Of a stretch of DNA of 64,000 bases, positions 1-8,282 are shown piece after piece. Made by a program: the position numbers and the translations under genes. The stretch comes from an uncultured delta proteobacterium. Lineage in GTDB: Bacteria; Desulfobacterota; Desulfobacteria; Desulfobacterales; JAHEIW01. The DNA lies in contig CAVPNL010000001.1 of assembly GCA_963706575.1 (NCBI GenBank), positions 224,001 to 288,000 of the forward strand, given 5' to 3'. The notes beneath the pieces were generated by a model that was not told the origin of the DNA, did not search any database, and saw only the letters and a program-made list of their open reading frames with translations. The stretch's first letter is position 1. Every line of letters begins with the position of its first letter.

Positions 1-594
1 GAAATGATCCACAGTTTGCTGGATTTTAAAATAGAGGTGGCGGTGATTGCCAGGACAGAAGATAACCCGGAGGTCCATTTTCTCCCGTTTAGCCGGGAAG
101 AAATGGCGGTCATCGTTTCAACGGATCATCATTTGAGCAGGGAAAAAGCGACCACCTTTAAAGCGCTGTCTGCAGAACCCTTTATTATGAAAGAAAAAGG
201 CTCAGGGACGCGCAAGCTGGTGGAAGAATTATTTGAAGCCGAGCAATGCACGCCTGACATTTTGATGGAAACCAGCAATACCGAGTTCATCAAACAGCTG
301 GTGCAGCGCGGAGAAGGGGTTTCGTTTGTCGTGCGGGAAGCGGTTGCCGCCGAACTGAAAGAAAAGAAGCTGATTGCCGTTCCCCTGAAAGACCCAACAG
401 TGTATCTGGATGTCAGCATTGCCTACCTGAAAGGCCAGGTGCTTTCGCCGCCGGCCAGAGCCTTTGTCGATACCTTAATCGGTTTGAAGTCAGACGATTT
501 GCACCCCATGGGAATCGGTCTGATGATGGCCAAAATGCTTACCCAGCGCAAGGAGGAGCAAAGAAAAATTTCGAAAATGAGGAAGTCCATATGA
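1..594 (+). CDS. LysR-family regulator, C-terminal effector domain (5' end outside window)
   Basis: FIMKEKGSGTRKLVEELF and IKQLVQRGEGVSF are CysL/CbbR-like LysR motifs; aligns along its length with the complete LysR at 4177-5124. Confidence 0.9.
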   Translation, partial: EMIHSLLDFKIEVAVIARTEDNPEVHFLPFSREEMAVIVSTDHHLSREKATTFKALSAEPFIMKEKGSGTRKLVEELFEAEQCTPDILMETSNTEFIKQLVQRGEGVSFVVREAVAAELKEKKLIAVPLKDPTVYLDVSIAYLKGQVLSPPARAFVDTLIGLKSDDLHPMGIGLMMAKMLTQRKEEQRKISKMRKSI

Positions 595-1190
595 GCGATC
601 GACCTGTTTTCAAGCAAATTTATCAACTTGCCCAACCGTATCTAAACACGCGCTACAATGATGTCCACACTGAGATGTCCATGCAGCTTGCATACCAACT
701 GCTAAGTGCCGAGGGAGGTCAGGAAAGTATTGTGATTCCGGCTATCATTCTGCACGATGTCGGCTGGCAAAAAGTTCCGGTAGCGCTTCATCTGAAGGCA
801 TTTGGTCCTAAGGCAACCTCACCGGAGATAAACAGGACTCACGAGAAAGAAGGCGTAAAGATCGCCCGAAAAATTTTAACAGAGATTAATTATGATAAGG
901 AAAAAATTACTGAAATACTCAAAATTATTGACGGCCATGATTCCAGAAAAAATTCTATTTCGTTAAATGATCGGATCGTTAAAGACGCAGACAAGCTCTG
1001 GCGCTATACTCAAAAAGGGTTTGAGGTAGACAACAATCGATTTGAAGAGACCGTCGCTGAAGGATTAAACCGCCTGCGCAAATATTTAGCCAGGTGGTTT
1101 TATACGGATACGGCCTTTCAAATCGCAAAAGATGAACTCCAACAGCGGGAAAGAGAAGCTGACAATGATTCGAGGCTGGCCGGTAATTAG
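591..1190 (+). CDS. HD-domain metal-dependent phosphohydrolase
   Basis: H...IILHDVGW...H...HD...VKDADKL signature; ATGA overlap with the upstream stop. Confidence 0.85.
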   Translation: MSDRPVFKQIYQLAQPYLNTRYNDVHTEMSMQLAYQLLSAEGGQESIVIPAIILHDVGWQKVPVALHLKAFGPKATSPEINRTHEKEGVKIARKILTEINYDKEKITEILKIIDGHDSRKNSISLNDRIVKDADKLWRYTQKGFEVDNNRFEETVAEGLNRLRKYLARWFYTDTAFQIAKDELQQREREADNDSRLAGN

Positions 1191-1716
1191 TCGTGAGCAG
1201 GTTGGGGATTTTGGGCTCTTTTCATTGATTCAAAAAACGGTGCGCTCAGCACGCACGGGCGAAATCAGAGAGGTGCAGGCGATCCAATTTCCAGACTGGG
1301 TGTTGGTCCTTGCACTCACGCCGCAAGAGGAAGTCGTGATGGTGCGTCAATTCCGCCACGGCACCGAGCAGGTCTGTTTGGAGTTGCCCGGCGGGTTGGT
1401 GGATTCGGGTGACGATTCACCCGAATTATCCGCTCAGCGGGAACTGCTGGAAGAGACCGGATATCAAGCCGATGAAGTTGTACTTCTGGGAGAATGTTGC
1501 CCGCAGCCGGCGGTTTTGACCAATAAATGTCTTTTTTATCTGGCCCAAAATGCTGTCCGGGTTCAAACCCAGAACCTGGATGCCGGTGAGGATATCGAAA
1601 TTTTGGAAGTTCCTTTAAAAGAGATTGCGGCTAAAATCAGAAACGAGGAAATCGATCACGGCATGGTGCTATTGGCCTTCTTCTATTTCTGGATGAAACA
1701 GGGGCAGATGGGATAG
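1165..1716 (+). CDS. NUDIX hydrolase, ADP-ribose pyrophosphatase-like
   Basis: Nudix box ELPGGLVD..SAQRELLEETGY plus VRQFRH; start placed at the second Met. Confidence 0.9.
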   Translation: MIRGWPVISREQVGDFGLFSLIQKTVRSARTGEIREVQAIQFPDWVLVLALTPQEEVVMVRQFRHGTEQVCLELPGGLVDSGDDSPELSAQRELLEETGYQADEVVLLGECCPQPAVLTNKCLFYLAQNAVRVQTQNLDAGEDIEILEVPLKEIAAKIRNEEIDHGMVLLAFFYFWMKQGQMG

Positions 1717-1722
1717 AAAAAT

Positions 1723-3093
1723 ATGCAGCCTGCTACGCCTGAGCACCTGCCAAATATTTTATCGTTTAAGCGTCGTCTGTTTCTTGGTTTCCTGTTGAGT
1801 ATCATTCCTATCCTATTCATTGCCGGCGCGGTATCCATTCCATTTTATTTTGAATCTTCCACGATTCTCTATAAATTCGGATCTGACAGGCAGCTTTTGC
1901 GTTCGGGTCAAGTGGTGGGAATGGTTGCCGGGTGTCTGCTGCTGTTGCAAATCATCCTGGGCGCGCGTTTGAAATTTCTTGATCGGGTCTTCGGTCTTAG
2001 CAATCTTTTCAGGTTTCATCGTATTTCCGGTTTCAGCATTGCCTTTCTGATTAGCCTACATCCCATCCTGATATTCATTCCCGAAAACAGGATTTTCATT
2101 CCGCTTAAATTGCGCTACTGGCCTGAATTTGTCGGCCTCCTTCTTTTGTTGCTGATTATCTTCACATTGATTTCCAGCCATTGGCGGGCCCGGCTGGGGC
2201 TCTCCTTTCACCGCTGGTGGACAATTCATCGATGGACGGCCGTCTTGATCGTCATTACCTTTTGGGTTCATGTATCATCTGTCAGTGATACTTTCGAGCA
2301 GAAGCTGCCACAAATGCTTGCTTTCTGCGCAATGGGCTTCTGCGGGCTGTTATTTTTCTCGATCAGAATCCGCCCCTTAAGAAACCGCCGAAGATCTTTT
2401 CTGGTTTCAACGATTGAACCGGTTGGAGAAGATGCCATGTGTCTGGAGATTATCTCAAAGACAAAGAATAAATTTAGTTATCTGCCGGGCCAGTTCAGTT
2501 TCTCCACTTTTTTCTCGAACCATATTTCAAGGGAGGAGCATCCTTTCTCTTTGACCTCCACTCCCACAAGGACTTCCTGCCTTCAATTTATTGTTCGCAC
2601 CACTGGCGATTGGACACCTAAATTAAAAAATCTTCAGCCGGGAGACCGTGTTTTGCTGAATGGCCCTTTTGGACTGTTCAGTCATTTGCAGCTTCCCGCA
2701 AAAAACGAGATCATAATGATCGCAGGCGGGATTGGCATAACCCCGATGTTGAGTATGCTGCGGTATATGGCCGACTGCAATGATCAGCGCAAAATCACGC
2801 TGATATGGAGCAATCAAACCCGAAAGCATATCATCTTCCCGGATGAGTTCCAGAGCCTGGAAGCCCAATTAAAAGGGCTTCGCATCTTTCATGTCCTGAC
2901 CAGAGATCCTGAATTCTGGGGTGAAGCGGGGCGATTGGATAAACACAAGCTCAAAATGCTCCTTTCAGATTGTAGTCAATCATCGGCCATATTTGTCTGC
3001 GGCCCCCATCAAATGATGAAAGAAGTGCGCCGCTGCCTTGTTTCCCTTAATTTTTCGAAACATTTGATTTTCATGGAGCGATTCAGCTTATAG
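1723..3093 (+). CDS. Ferric-reductase-like membrane domain fused to FNR-type FAD/NAD(P)H domain
   Basis: About 6 hydrophobic helices with His pairs (FRFHR/SLHP, TIHRW/WVHV); EEHPFS, GPFG, IAGGIGITP, FVCGP and C-terminal ERF. Confidence 0.9.
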   Translation: MQPATPEHLPNILSFKRRLFLGFLLSIIPILFIAGAVSIPFYFESSTILYKFGSDRQLLRSGQVVGMVAGCLLLLQIILGARLKFLDRVFGLSNLFRFHRISGFSIAFLISLHPILIFIPENRIFIPLKLRYWPEFVGLLLLLLIIFTLISSHWRARLGLSFHRWWTIHRWTAVLIVITFWVHVSSVSDTFEQKLPQMLAFCAMGFCGLLFFSIRIRPLRNRRRSFLVSTIEPVGEDAMCLEIISKTKNKFSYLPGQFSFSTFFSNHISREEHPFSLTSTPTRTSCLQFIVRTTGDWTPKLKNLQPGDRVLLNGPFGLFSHLQLPAKNEIIMIAGGIGITPMLSMLRYMADCNDQRKITLIWSNQTRKHIIFPDEFQSLEAQLKGLRIFHVLTRDPEFWGEAGRLDKHKLKMLLSDCSQSSAIFVCGPHQMMKEVRRCLVSLNFSKHLIFMERFSL

Positions 3094-3200
3094 TCCCTCA
3101 GCGTTGACATAAGCCACACCATACTTATATCTAAAATGAGCGTTTGAAATTTTAAAAATGGGGATACATCTTTATTCCAGAGGAATGCTATCGATTTATA

Positions 3201-3340
3201 TTTTTAAAATTTAAAACCCCTACGGGGATTGCCGATCTTACCGCATCTACCGCGTCAGATGCCGTTTCGCATAGTCAACTATAGCGGAACGACATCTTCC
3301 TTGTAGCTGCGGCAACCTCGACAATCGCTCAATTTAGATC
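3201..3340 (+). repeat. Dispersed hairpin-forming element, family A, copy 1
   Basis: Core 3225-3340 is the reverse complement of 59350-59465 with about 6 differences in 116 nt; nested imperfect inverted repeats around CATAGTCAACTATAG. Confidence 0.9.
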
Positions 3341-3381
3341 TAATGATGAGCCTTTCAAATTTTAAAAGCAGGAGAAAACTC

Positions 3382-3975
3382 ATGCAAAAGACGGTTTCCA
3401 TATTTGTTGCGGTATTGGCTGTACTTCTAATTGATAGCTTTGCATTTGCAGAGGCAGAAAAATGGGAAATTGATAAAGCCCATTCAAATATCTACTTTGA
3501 TGTGAAACATACGTATGCCACCGTAAGAGGAAAGTTCGACGATTTTTCAGGCACGTTAAAATTTAATCCGGACAACCTGGCACTGAGCAGTGTAAAGTTT
3601 GAGGTCAAAACCAAAAGCATTAATACGGGTATTCCCAACCGTGATAATCATCTTCGGTCAGAAGAATTTTTCTCAGTGAACAAATATCCCTTCATGACCT
3701 TTGAATCTACAGATGTAAAACTGAAGAAAGGCAATCAATACACTTTAGAGGGAAATCTCACTATCAAAGGAAAAACAAATAATGTGGCTTTCCCATTCAC
3801 TTATTTCGGAACGCGTGAGAACCCGCTGAAAAAGGGAAAAACGGTTGCCGGTTTCGAAACCCGATTTTCCATTGATCGCCTGGAATACGAGGTCGGACCT
3901 GGAAAATACGCTGCAATGGGTATTATTGGAAGAAATGTTGATGTTTTAATTACACTTGAGGTACTCAAAGAATAA
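3382..3975 (+). CDS. YceI-family periplasmic lipid/polyisoprenoid-binding protein
   Basis: Signal peptide, WEIDKAHS, VRGKF, SINTG..RDNHLRSEEFF, GNLTIKG; AGGAGA RBS before ATG 3382. Confidence 0.9.
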   Translation: MQKTVSIFVAVLAVLLIDSFAFAEAEKWEIDKAHSNIYFDVKHTYATVRGKFDDFSGTLKFNPDNLALSSVKFEVKTKSINTGIPNRDNHLRSEEFFSVNKYPFMTFESTDVKLKKGNQYTLEGNLTIKGKTNNVAFPFTYFGTRENPLKKGKTVAGFETRFSIDRLEYEVGPGKYAAMGIIGRNVDVLITLEVLKE

Positions 3976-4176
3976 TCGGTGAATCAAAAAAAGCAATCCA
4001 TCGACTTAAAGGTAGACCTGAGAATTTTTTATATTCGAATGAACTTCTTTACAGCCATAAAATATTCCGGTAAATAGACGGTGTTCAGATTTTCGATCCG
4101 GCAAAGCTAAAATTGTGTTATAGGTCGAGTAAAATCAATTCATAAAGATCCGGCGTAAGGAAAACGGTTTGCTGGA

Positions 4177-5124
4177 ATGATCAATCTTAATCAGCTCAGG
4201 GCATTTTATCAGGCCGCAAAATGTCAGAATGTGAGCCTGGCGGCCAAGGAGTTATTTGTCAGTCAGCCGGCGGTTACGGCACAGATAAAGCTGTTTGAAG
4301 AAAACTGTGGCCTGAAGCTTTTTAAAAAAAAAGGCCGCAACCGCTATCTTACCGACGAAGGCAAAACACTCTTCAATTACGCCCGAAAGATCTTCGAATA
4401 TGAAAAGAAAATCGAAGATGCTGTCGAGCAGATGAAGGAATTAAAGAAAGGCAGCCTTCGATTAGGCTCGGCCCGGACTTACGCCCGTTACTTCATGCCT
4501 TTTTTACTCACCGGATTCCGTGACGCTTACCCGCAGATTAAAATTCATTTCGATGAAGGCAGTTCCCTGGAAATGATCAACAGCCTGATCGATTTGAAAA
4601 ACGAAGTGGTGATCATCGCCAGAGCCGATGATCATCCGAACATTGCCTTCATTCCTTTCAGCCGGGAGGAACTGGTGCTCATATTACCGCCCAATCATCC
4701 TTTGGCAGATAAAGATAGCATCCGTTTTGAACAAATCGCCGCCGCGCCCATTATCATGAAAGACCCGGGTTCCGGGACCCGCAAACTGGTAGACGAATTA
4801 TTCGCTAAAAATAATTGTACGCCCAATATTTTGATGGAAACCGGGGACGCTGAAATCATCAAGCTGCTGGTGCAGCATGGAGAGGGGGTCTCGTTTCTGG
4901 TGAAAGAGGCAGCGGCCGTCGAACTGCATGAAAAAAAACTGGTCACCGTTCCTTTGAAGAAACATTCAATTTTCTTAGATGTCAGTATCGCTTACCTCAG
5001 GCAGCAGCCGCTTTCACCTGCTGCAAAGGCGTTTCTAAAGAGTCTGGAGAATTTAGGGACTAAGAAAATGCGTTTCCAGGGGATGGGCGCCCTGATGGCA
5101 AAAATGCTTGCCGATGAAAGATGA
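4177..5124 (+). CDS. LysR-family transcriptional regulator
   Basis: NLNQLRAF..AAKELFVSQPAVTAQIKLFEE helix-turn-helix, LTDEG, full effector domain. Confidence 0.95.
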   Translation: MINLNQLRAFYQAAKCQNVSLAAKELFVSQPAVTAQIKLFEENCGLKLFKKKGRNRYLTDEGKTLFNYARKIFEYEKKIEDAVEQMKELKKGSLRLGSARTYARYFMPFLLTGFRDAYPQIKIHFDEGSSLEMINSLIDLKNEVVIIARADDHPNIAFIPFSREELVLILPPNHPLADKDSIRFEQIAAAPIIMKDPGSGTRKLVDELFAKNNCTPNILMETGDAEIIKLLVQHGEGVSFLVKEAAAVELHEKKLVTVPLKKHSIFLDVSIAYLRQQPLSPAAKAFLKSLENLGTKKMRFQGMGALMAKMLADER

Positions 5125-5290
5125 TTATCTGGTCTAACCTATCAATTGCCAAAATAGTTATTTCCAGTTTCATAAAAATTTGTTACGTGTTATCTCAATA
5201 AATCTGTAATGAGTTGAGATTTGGTTTTCTGGCAAAAAATTGCGAATAAATTTTGCATTTAATCAGTCAGCGCAAACAAAAGGAGGGATT

Positions 5291-5626
5291 ATGCCCGGTA
5301 AATTCGAATTGAAAAAAGGCAAAAGTGGAAAGTTCTCGTTTAATCTTAAAGCTGCCAATGGACAGGTGATTCTGACGAGTCAAGCTTACAAAACCAAAGC
5401 GGCTGCGAAAAATGGAATTAAATCTGTTTGTACGAACTGCGGGAAGAAGGCCAATTTTGAACAGAAGACATCAAAGAAGGGCGAACCCTACTTTGTTATG
5501 TTGGCCTCTAATAAGCAGGTTATTGGCAAAAGTCAGATGTATGCCAGCAAGACGTCAATGCAGAATGGCATTGCATCTGTTGAGAAAAATGCGTCCAAAG
5601 CCCAGGTTAAGGATTTAAGCGCCTAG
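5291..5626 (+). CDS. YegP/DUF1508-family protein
   Basis: Two internal repeats (FNLKAANGQVILTSQAY..NGIKSV and FVMLASNKQVIGKSQMY..NGIASV); AGGAGG RBS. Confidence 0.9.
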   Translation: MPGKFELKKGKSGKFSFNLKAANGQVILTSQAYKTKAAAKNGIKSVCTNCGKKANFEQKTSKKGEPYFVMLASNKQVIGKSQMYASKTSMQNGIASVEKNASKAQVKDLSA

Positions 5627-5722
5627 CTTATTTTAATCGGAATGTCCCGGATGAGTAAATGGTCTATAGCAAAAGGGATTTAACACTTCAGTTATTATTA
5701 AATTGATATATTCAGTTTGAAG

Positions 5723-5797
5723 ATGAGTGGTCAGCGTTATCACTTTTTGGGGTGATTTGAAAGATGAATCCTAAAGGTATCTGACCACTCATTTTTT
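5723..5797. terminator. Stem-loop between convergent genes, probable terminator
   Basis: Perfect 12-bp inverted repeat ATGAGTGGTCAG (5723-5734) / CTGACCACTCAT (5781-5792), followed by a T run; the 46-nt loop is unusually long. Confidence 0.5.
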
Positions 5798-5828
5798 CGC
5801 AATGTATCACATCATTTCACAGCGACAA

Positions 5829-8042
5829 TTATCCTGTCACCGGGTGCTCATTGCCGTAGCTTTTAACCTTGTATACTTTGCATTGAAAGGTTCGCAGCGG
5901 CCAGGAGCCTAATGCTTCATCGCACTCCTCTTCGGCGCTTGAGGTGCAGACGTTGATATTGGACACCCACACGCCGTGCAGCCAGGGCTCCTCTCCCGGC
6001 ATTTCCGGATACCACCATCCATGCTGGCCGTGCACCACGCGAGGGTCGATGTGCTCAAAGATTTCAACTTTTTGCATGACCCGCCCATGTTGCGTTTCGA
6101 TCCAGGCCCAATCGCCTTCCGCAAGCCCCAGATCTTTGGCCGTGTCGGGATGTAGCTGCATTTTGGCCCAGGGGTATCGTTTGCGCAGCTTTTCGATCTG
6201 GCGATGCTCGGAGTGAAAGAAGGGATGAAAGCGACCGCCGGTGATTAGAATCAACGGATACTTTTCAGCGAGCTCGGGCGTGCGGATTGCGCTTTCCGGA
6301 GGCTCTTGATAATAGGGCAGTGCGTCGTAACCCAGTTTTTCCATCACTGTTGAGGCAAGCTCGATCTTCCCGGTTGGTGTGCCGAAACCGCCCATTTTTT
6401 CATATTTTTTGTATTCCCATTTCTCGGGTTCCCAACGGCCCATTTCAAGTAGTTTCTTGAAATTCAATCCCATGGGCTCCAGGCGATAATCATAGTACGC
6501 TTCCAGGGTTTCCCAGGGCCAGTGCTGCTCCTGCCCCAATCGGACACCCAGCCCGCGCCAGAAGTCAAAGTCGGTGCGCCGGTCGTGCTTACCCGCAATC
6601 GTAGGCGGTACGGCCGCCTCGCCGGCCACAATAACCGGTGTCGTGTTGTGAAAATTCCACAAAAAGTCACGCTCCTGCCACATGGCGCTCGGCAATACAT
6701 AGTCTGCCAGCTGGGCGCTGGGGGTCATAAAATAGTCCACCACGACATAGAGATCCAGGCTTCTGAGGGCTTTGTGGACGAGCTTTGTATTGGGTATGGT
6801 GACCATAGGATTTGATGAGAGCGTAATCAAGGCGCGCACCGGATAAGGATCGCTGTACGCGATTGCCTTATAGAGCGATGGGGCAGGGGCCATGCAGGTA
6901 TAGCCGAACATATCACAGCGTTTGCCCCAGACACGTTCCACGTTGCTCTGGACCATTTCGTAACCGGGCCAGCTGTAAAGTTTAAATTGATTGCCCAGAA
7001 TTTTTGCGCGCTGTTCGACCGGCAGGGCTTCGGGCATCTCAATTTCATGCTCGGTGATAAACGGCGCCGGGCCCAACAGTTCCTCGCCACCCTGCACATC
7101 CACATTGCCCACGATGGCCGAGATAATGTGGCGCGCTGCGATGGCGCCATACGAATTGGGTTGGTGGGCCACCCCCATACCCTCCATGGCACAGGAAGGC
7201 GTTTCGGTGGCAAACATGCGAGCAGCCGCCTTGATCTGGTCTGCCGGCACCCATGTGATTTCGGCGGTCTTGTCGAGTGGATATTCTTTGGCGCGTTGCG
7301 CCAGCGCATCAAATCCATGGCACCATTTCGTGACAAACTCTTTATCGTAAAGATCTTCTTCGATAATAACATTAATCATGCCCAGCAGCAGGGCGCAGTC
7401 CGTGCCCGGGCGCAGCTGAAGCCACAAATCTGCTGCTTCGGCCGATTCCGAACGGCGGGGGTCGATGACAATGAGTTTGGCGCCGTTCTTCTGTGCGCCC
7501 TCGATGCCCTCCCAGATGGTCTGGTGAGAATGAGGCGGATTGCGGCCGATGAGCATCACACAGCGGGTATTCTGCAGTTTTTCGATGTGCATCCAATACG
7601 GCCACCAGCCGAAAAGCGTGGTGGCCACCACCGCTGAATTACCGTGACAGATTTGAGCCTGGCCGCACTGGTTGGGACTGCCGAAAAGGTTCAGAAAACG
7701 CGAATTGAGCTCCTCGTAGGTTCGACTGGTGCCGGCTGTTACCCCCAGGGTTTCGGCACCATACTGATCCTTGAGTGCCTGTAATTTAGCGGCAATCTCA
7801 TCCAGGGCTTCGTCCCAGCTGATCTGCTGCCACTTGTTTTCACCTTTCTCTCCGATTCGCTTGAGCGGATAATTCAGACGGTCCGGATGGTAAAATCGGT
7901 CTAAATCCGGGGCCCACTTGCGCGGGCATTTCTTGATAGTTGAGGTGCTGACGTTGACGATCTGATTGTCTTCCACCTCGAGATCGAGAACGCAGCGCGG
8001 TTTGCAGCGAAAACAGATGGAATGCTTGATTTCCTTAGCCAT
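5829..8042 (-). CDS. Mo/W-bisPGD enzyme of the DMSO reductase family, acetylene-hydratase-like clade
   Basis: CFRCKPRC..C [4Fe-4S] motif, DRLNYPLKR, ISWDEALDEIA, Cys metal ligand in QICHGN, LRPGTDCALLLGMINVII, DYFMTPSAQLADYVLP, TPTGKIEL, HGWWYPE; 737 aa; no Tat peptide. Confidence 0.85.
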   Translation of the reverse strand: MAKEIKHSICFRCKPRCVLDLEVEDNQIVNVSTSTIKKCPRKWAPDLDRFYHPDRLNYPLKRIGEKGENKWQQISWDEALDEIAAKLQALKDQYGAETLGVTAGTSRTYEELNSRFLNLFGSPNQCGQAQICHGNSAVVATTLFGWWPYWMHIEKLQNTRCVMLIGRNPPHSHQTIWEGIEGAQKNGAKLIVIDPRRSESAEAADLWLQLRPGTDCALLLGMINVIIEEDLYDKEFVTKWCHGFDALAQRAKEYPLDKTAEITWVPADQIKAAARMFATETPSCAMEGMGVAHQPNSYGAIAARHIISAIVGNVDVQGGEELLGPAPFITEHEIEMPEALPVEQRAKILGNQFKLYSWPGYEMVQSNVERVWGKRCDMFGYTCMAPAPSLYKAIAYSDPYPVRALITLSSNPMVTIPNTKLVHKALRSLDLYVVVDYFMTPSAQLADYVLPSAMWQERDFLWNFHNTTPVIVAGEAAVPPTIAGKHDRRTDFDFWRGLGVRLGQEQHWPWETLEAYYDYRLEPMGLNFKKLLEMGRWEPEKWEYKKYEKMGGFGTPTGKIELASTVMEKLGYDALPYYQEPPESAIRTPELAEKYPLILITGGRFHPFFHSEHRQIEKLRKRYPWAKMQLHPDTAKDLGLAEGDWAWIETQHGRVMQKVEIFEHIDPRVVHGQHGWWYPEMPGEEPWLHGVWVSNINVCTSSAEEECDEALGSWPLRTFQCKVYKVKSYGNEHPVTG

Positions 8043-8155
8043 TTTTATAAACCTCCAATTTTATTTATTCGGTTATAAATGGATATCGGACTTCATATAC
8101 GCTATTTTATGAGCGGGTTTGATGATTAAGTCAATTCATATGATTTTATAAAAAA

Positions 8156-8172
8156 TATAAGTTTTTCTTATA
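8156..8172. promoter_or_regulatory. Putative LysR-type operator upstream of the Mo/W enzyme gene
   Basis: Perfect dyad TATAAG-TTTTT-CTTATA containing T-N11-A, about 115 bp upstream of the start codon. Confidence 0.55.
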
Positions 8173-8184
8173 GGATGCTGCCTC

Positions 8185-8239
8185 GGAGTGTTGGAGTCCT
8201 GGAGTGGTGGAGAAAGATAGAAATGGAACATTGGAGTGA
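8185..8239 (+). repeat. Degenerate 8-nt tandem repeat (TGGAGTNN)
   Basis: ggagtgt tggagtcc tggagtgg tggaga...tggagtga. Confidence 0.65.
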
Positions 8240-8282
8240 CGGCGTGTCAGGTAAAGTCAAGTTAAGCAGAACATATTCTTCC

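Noticed and set aside
5829..8042. Calling the gene a true acetylene hydratase, or a formate or nitrate reductase
   Set aside because: Catalytic Asp13 is replaced by Lys; there is no Sec, no Tat signal and no partner subunits, so only a family-level call is supported.
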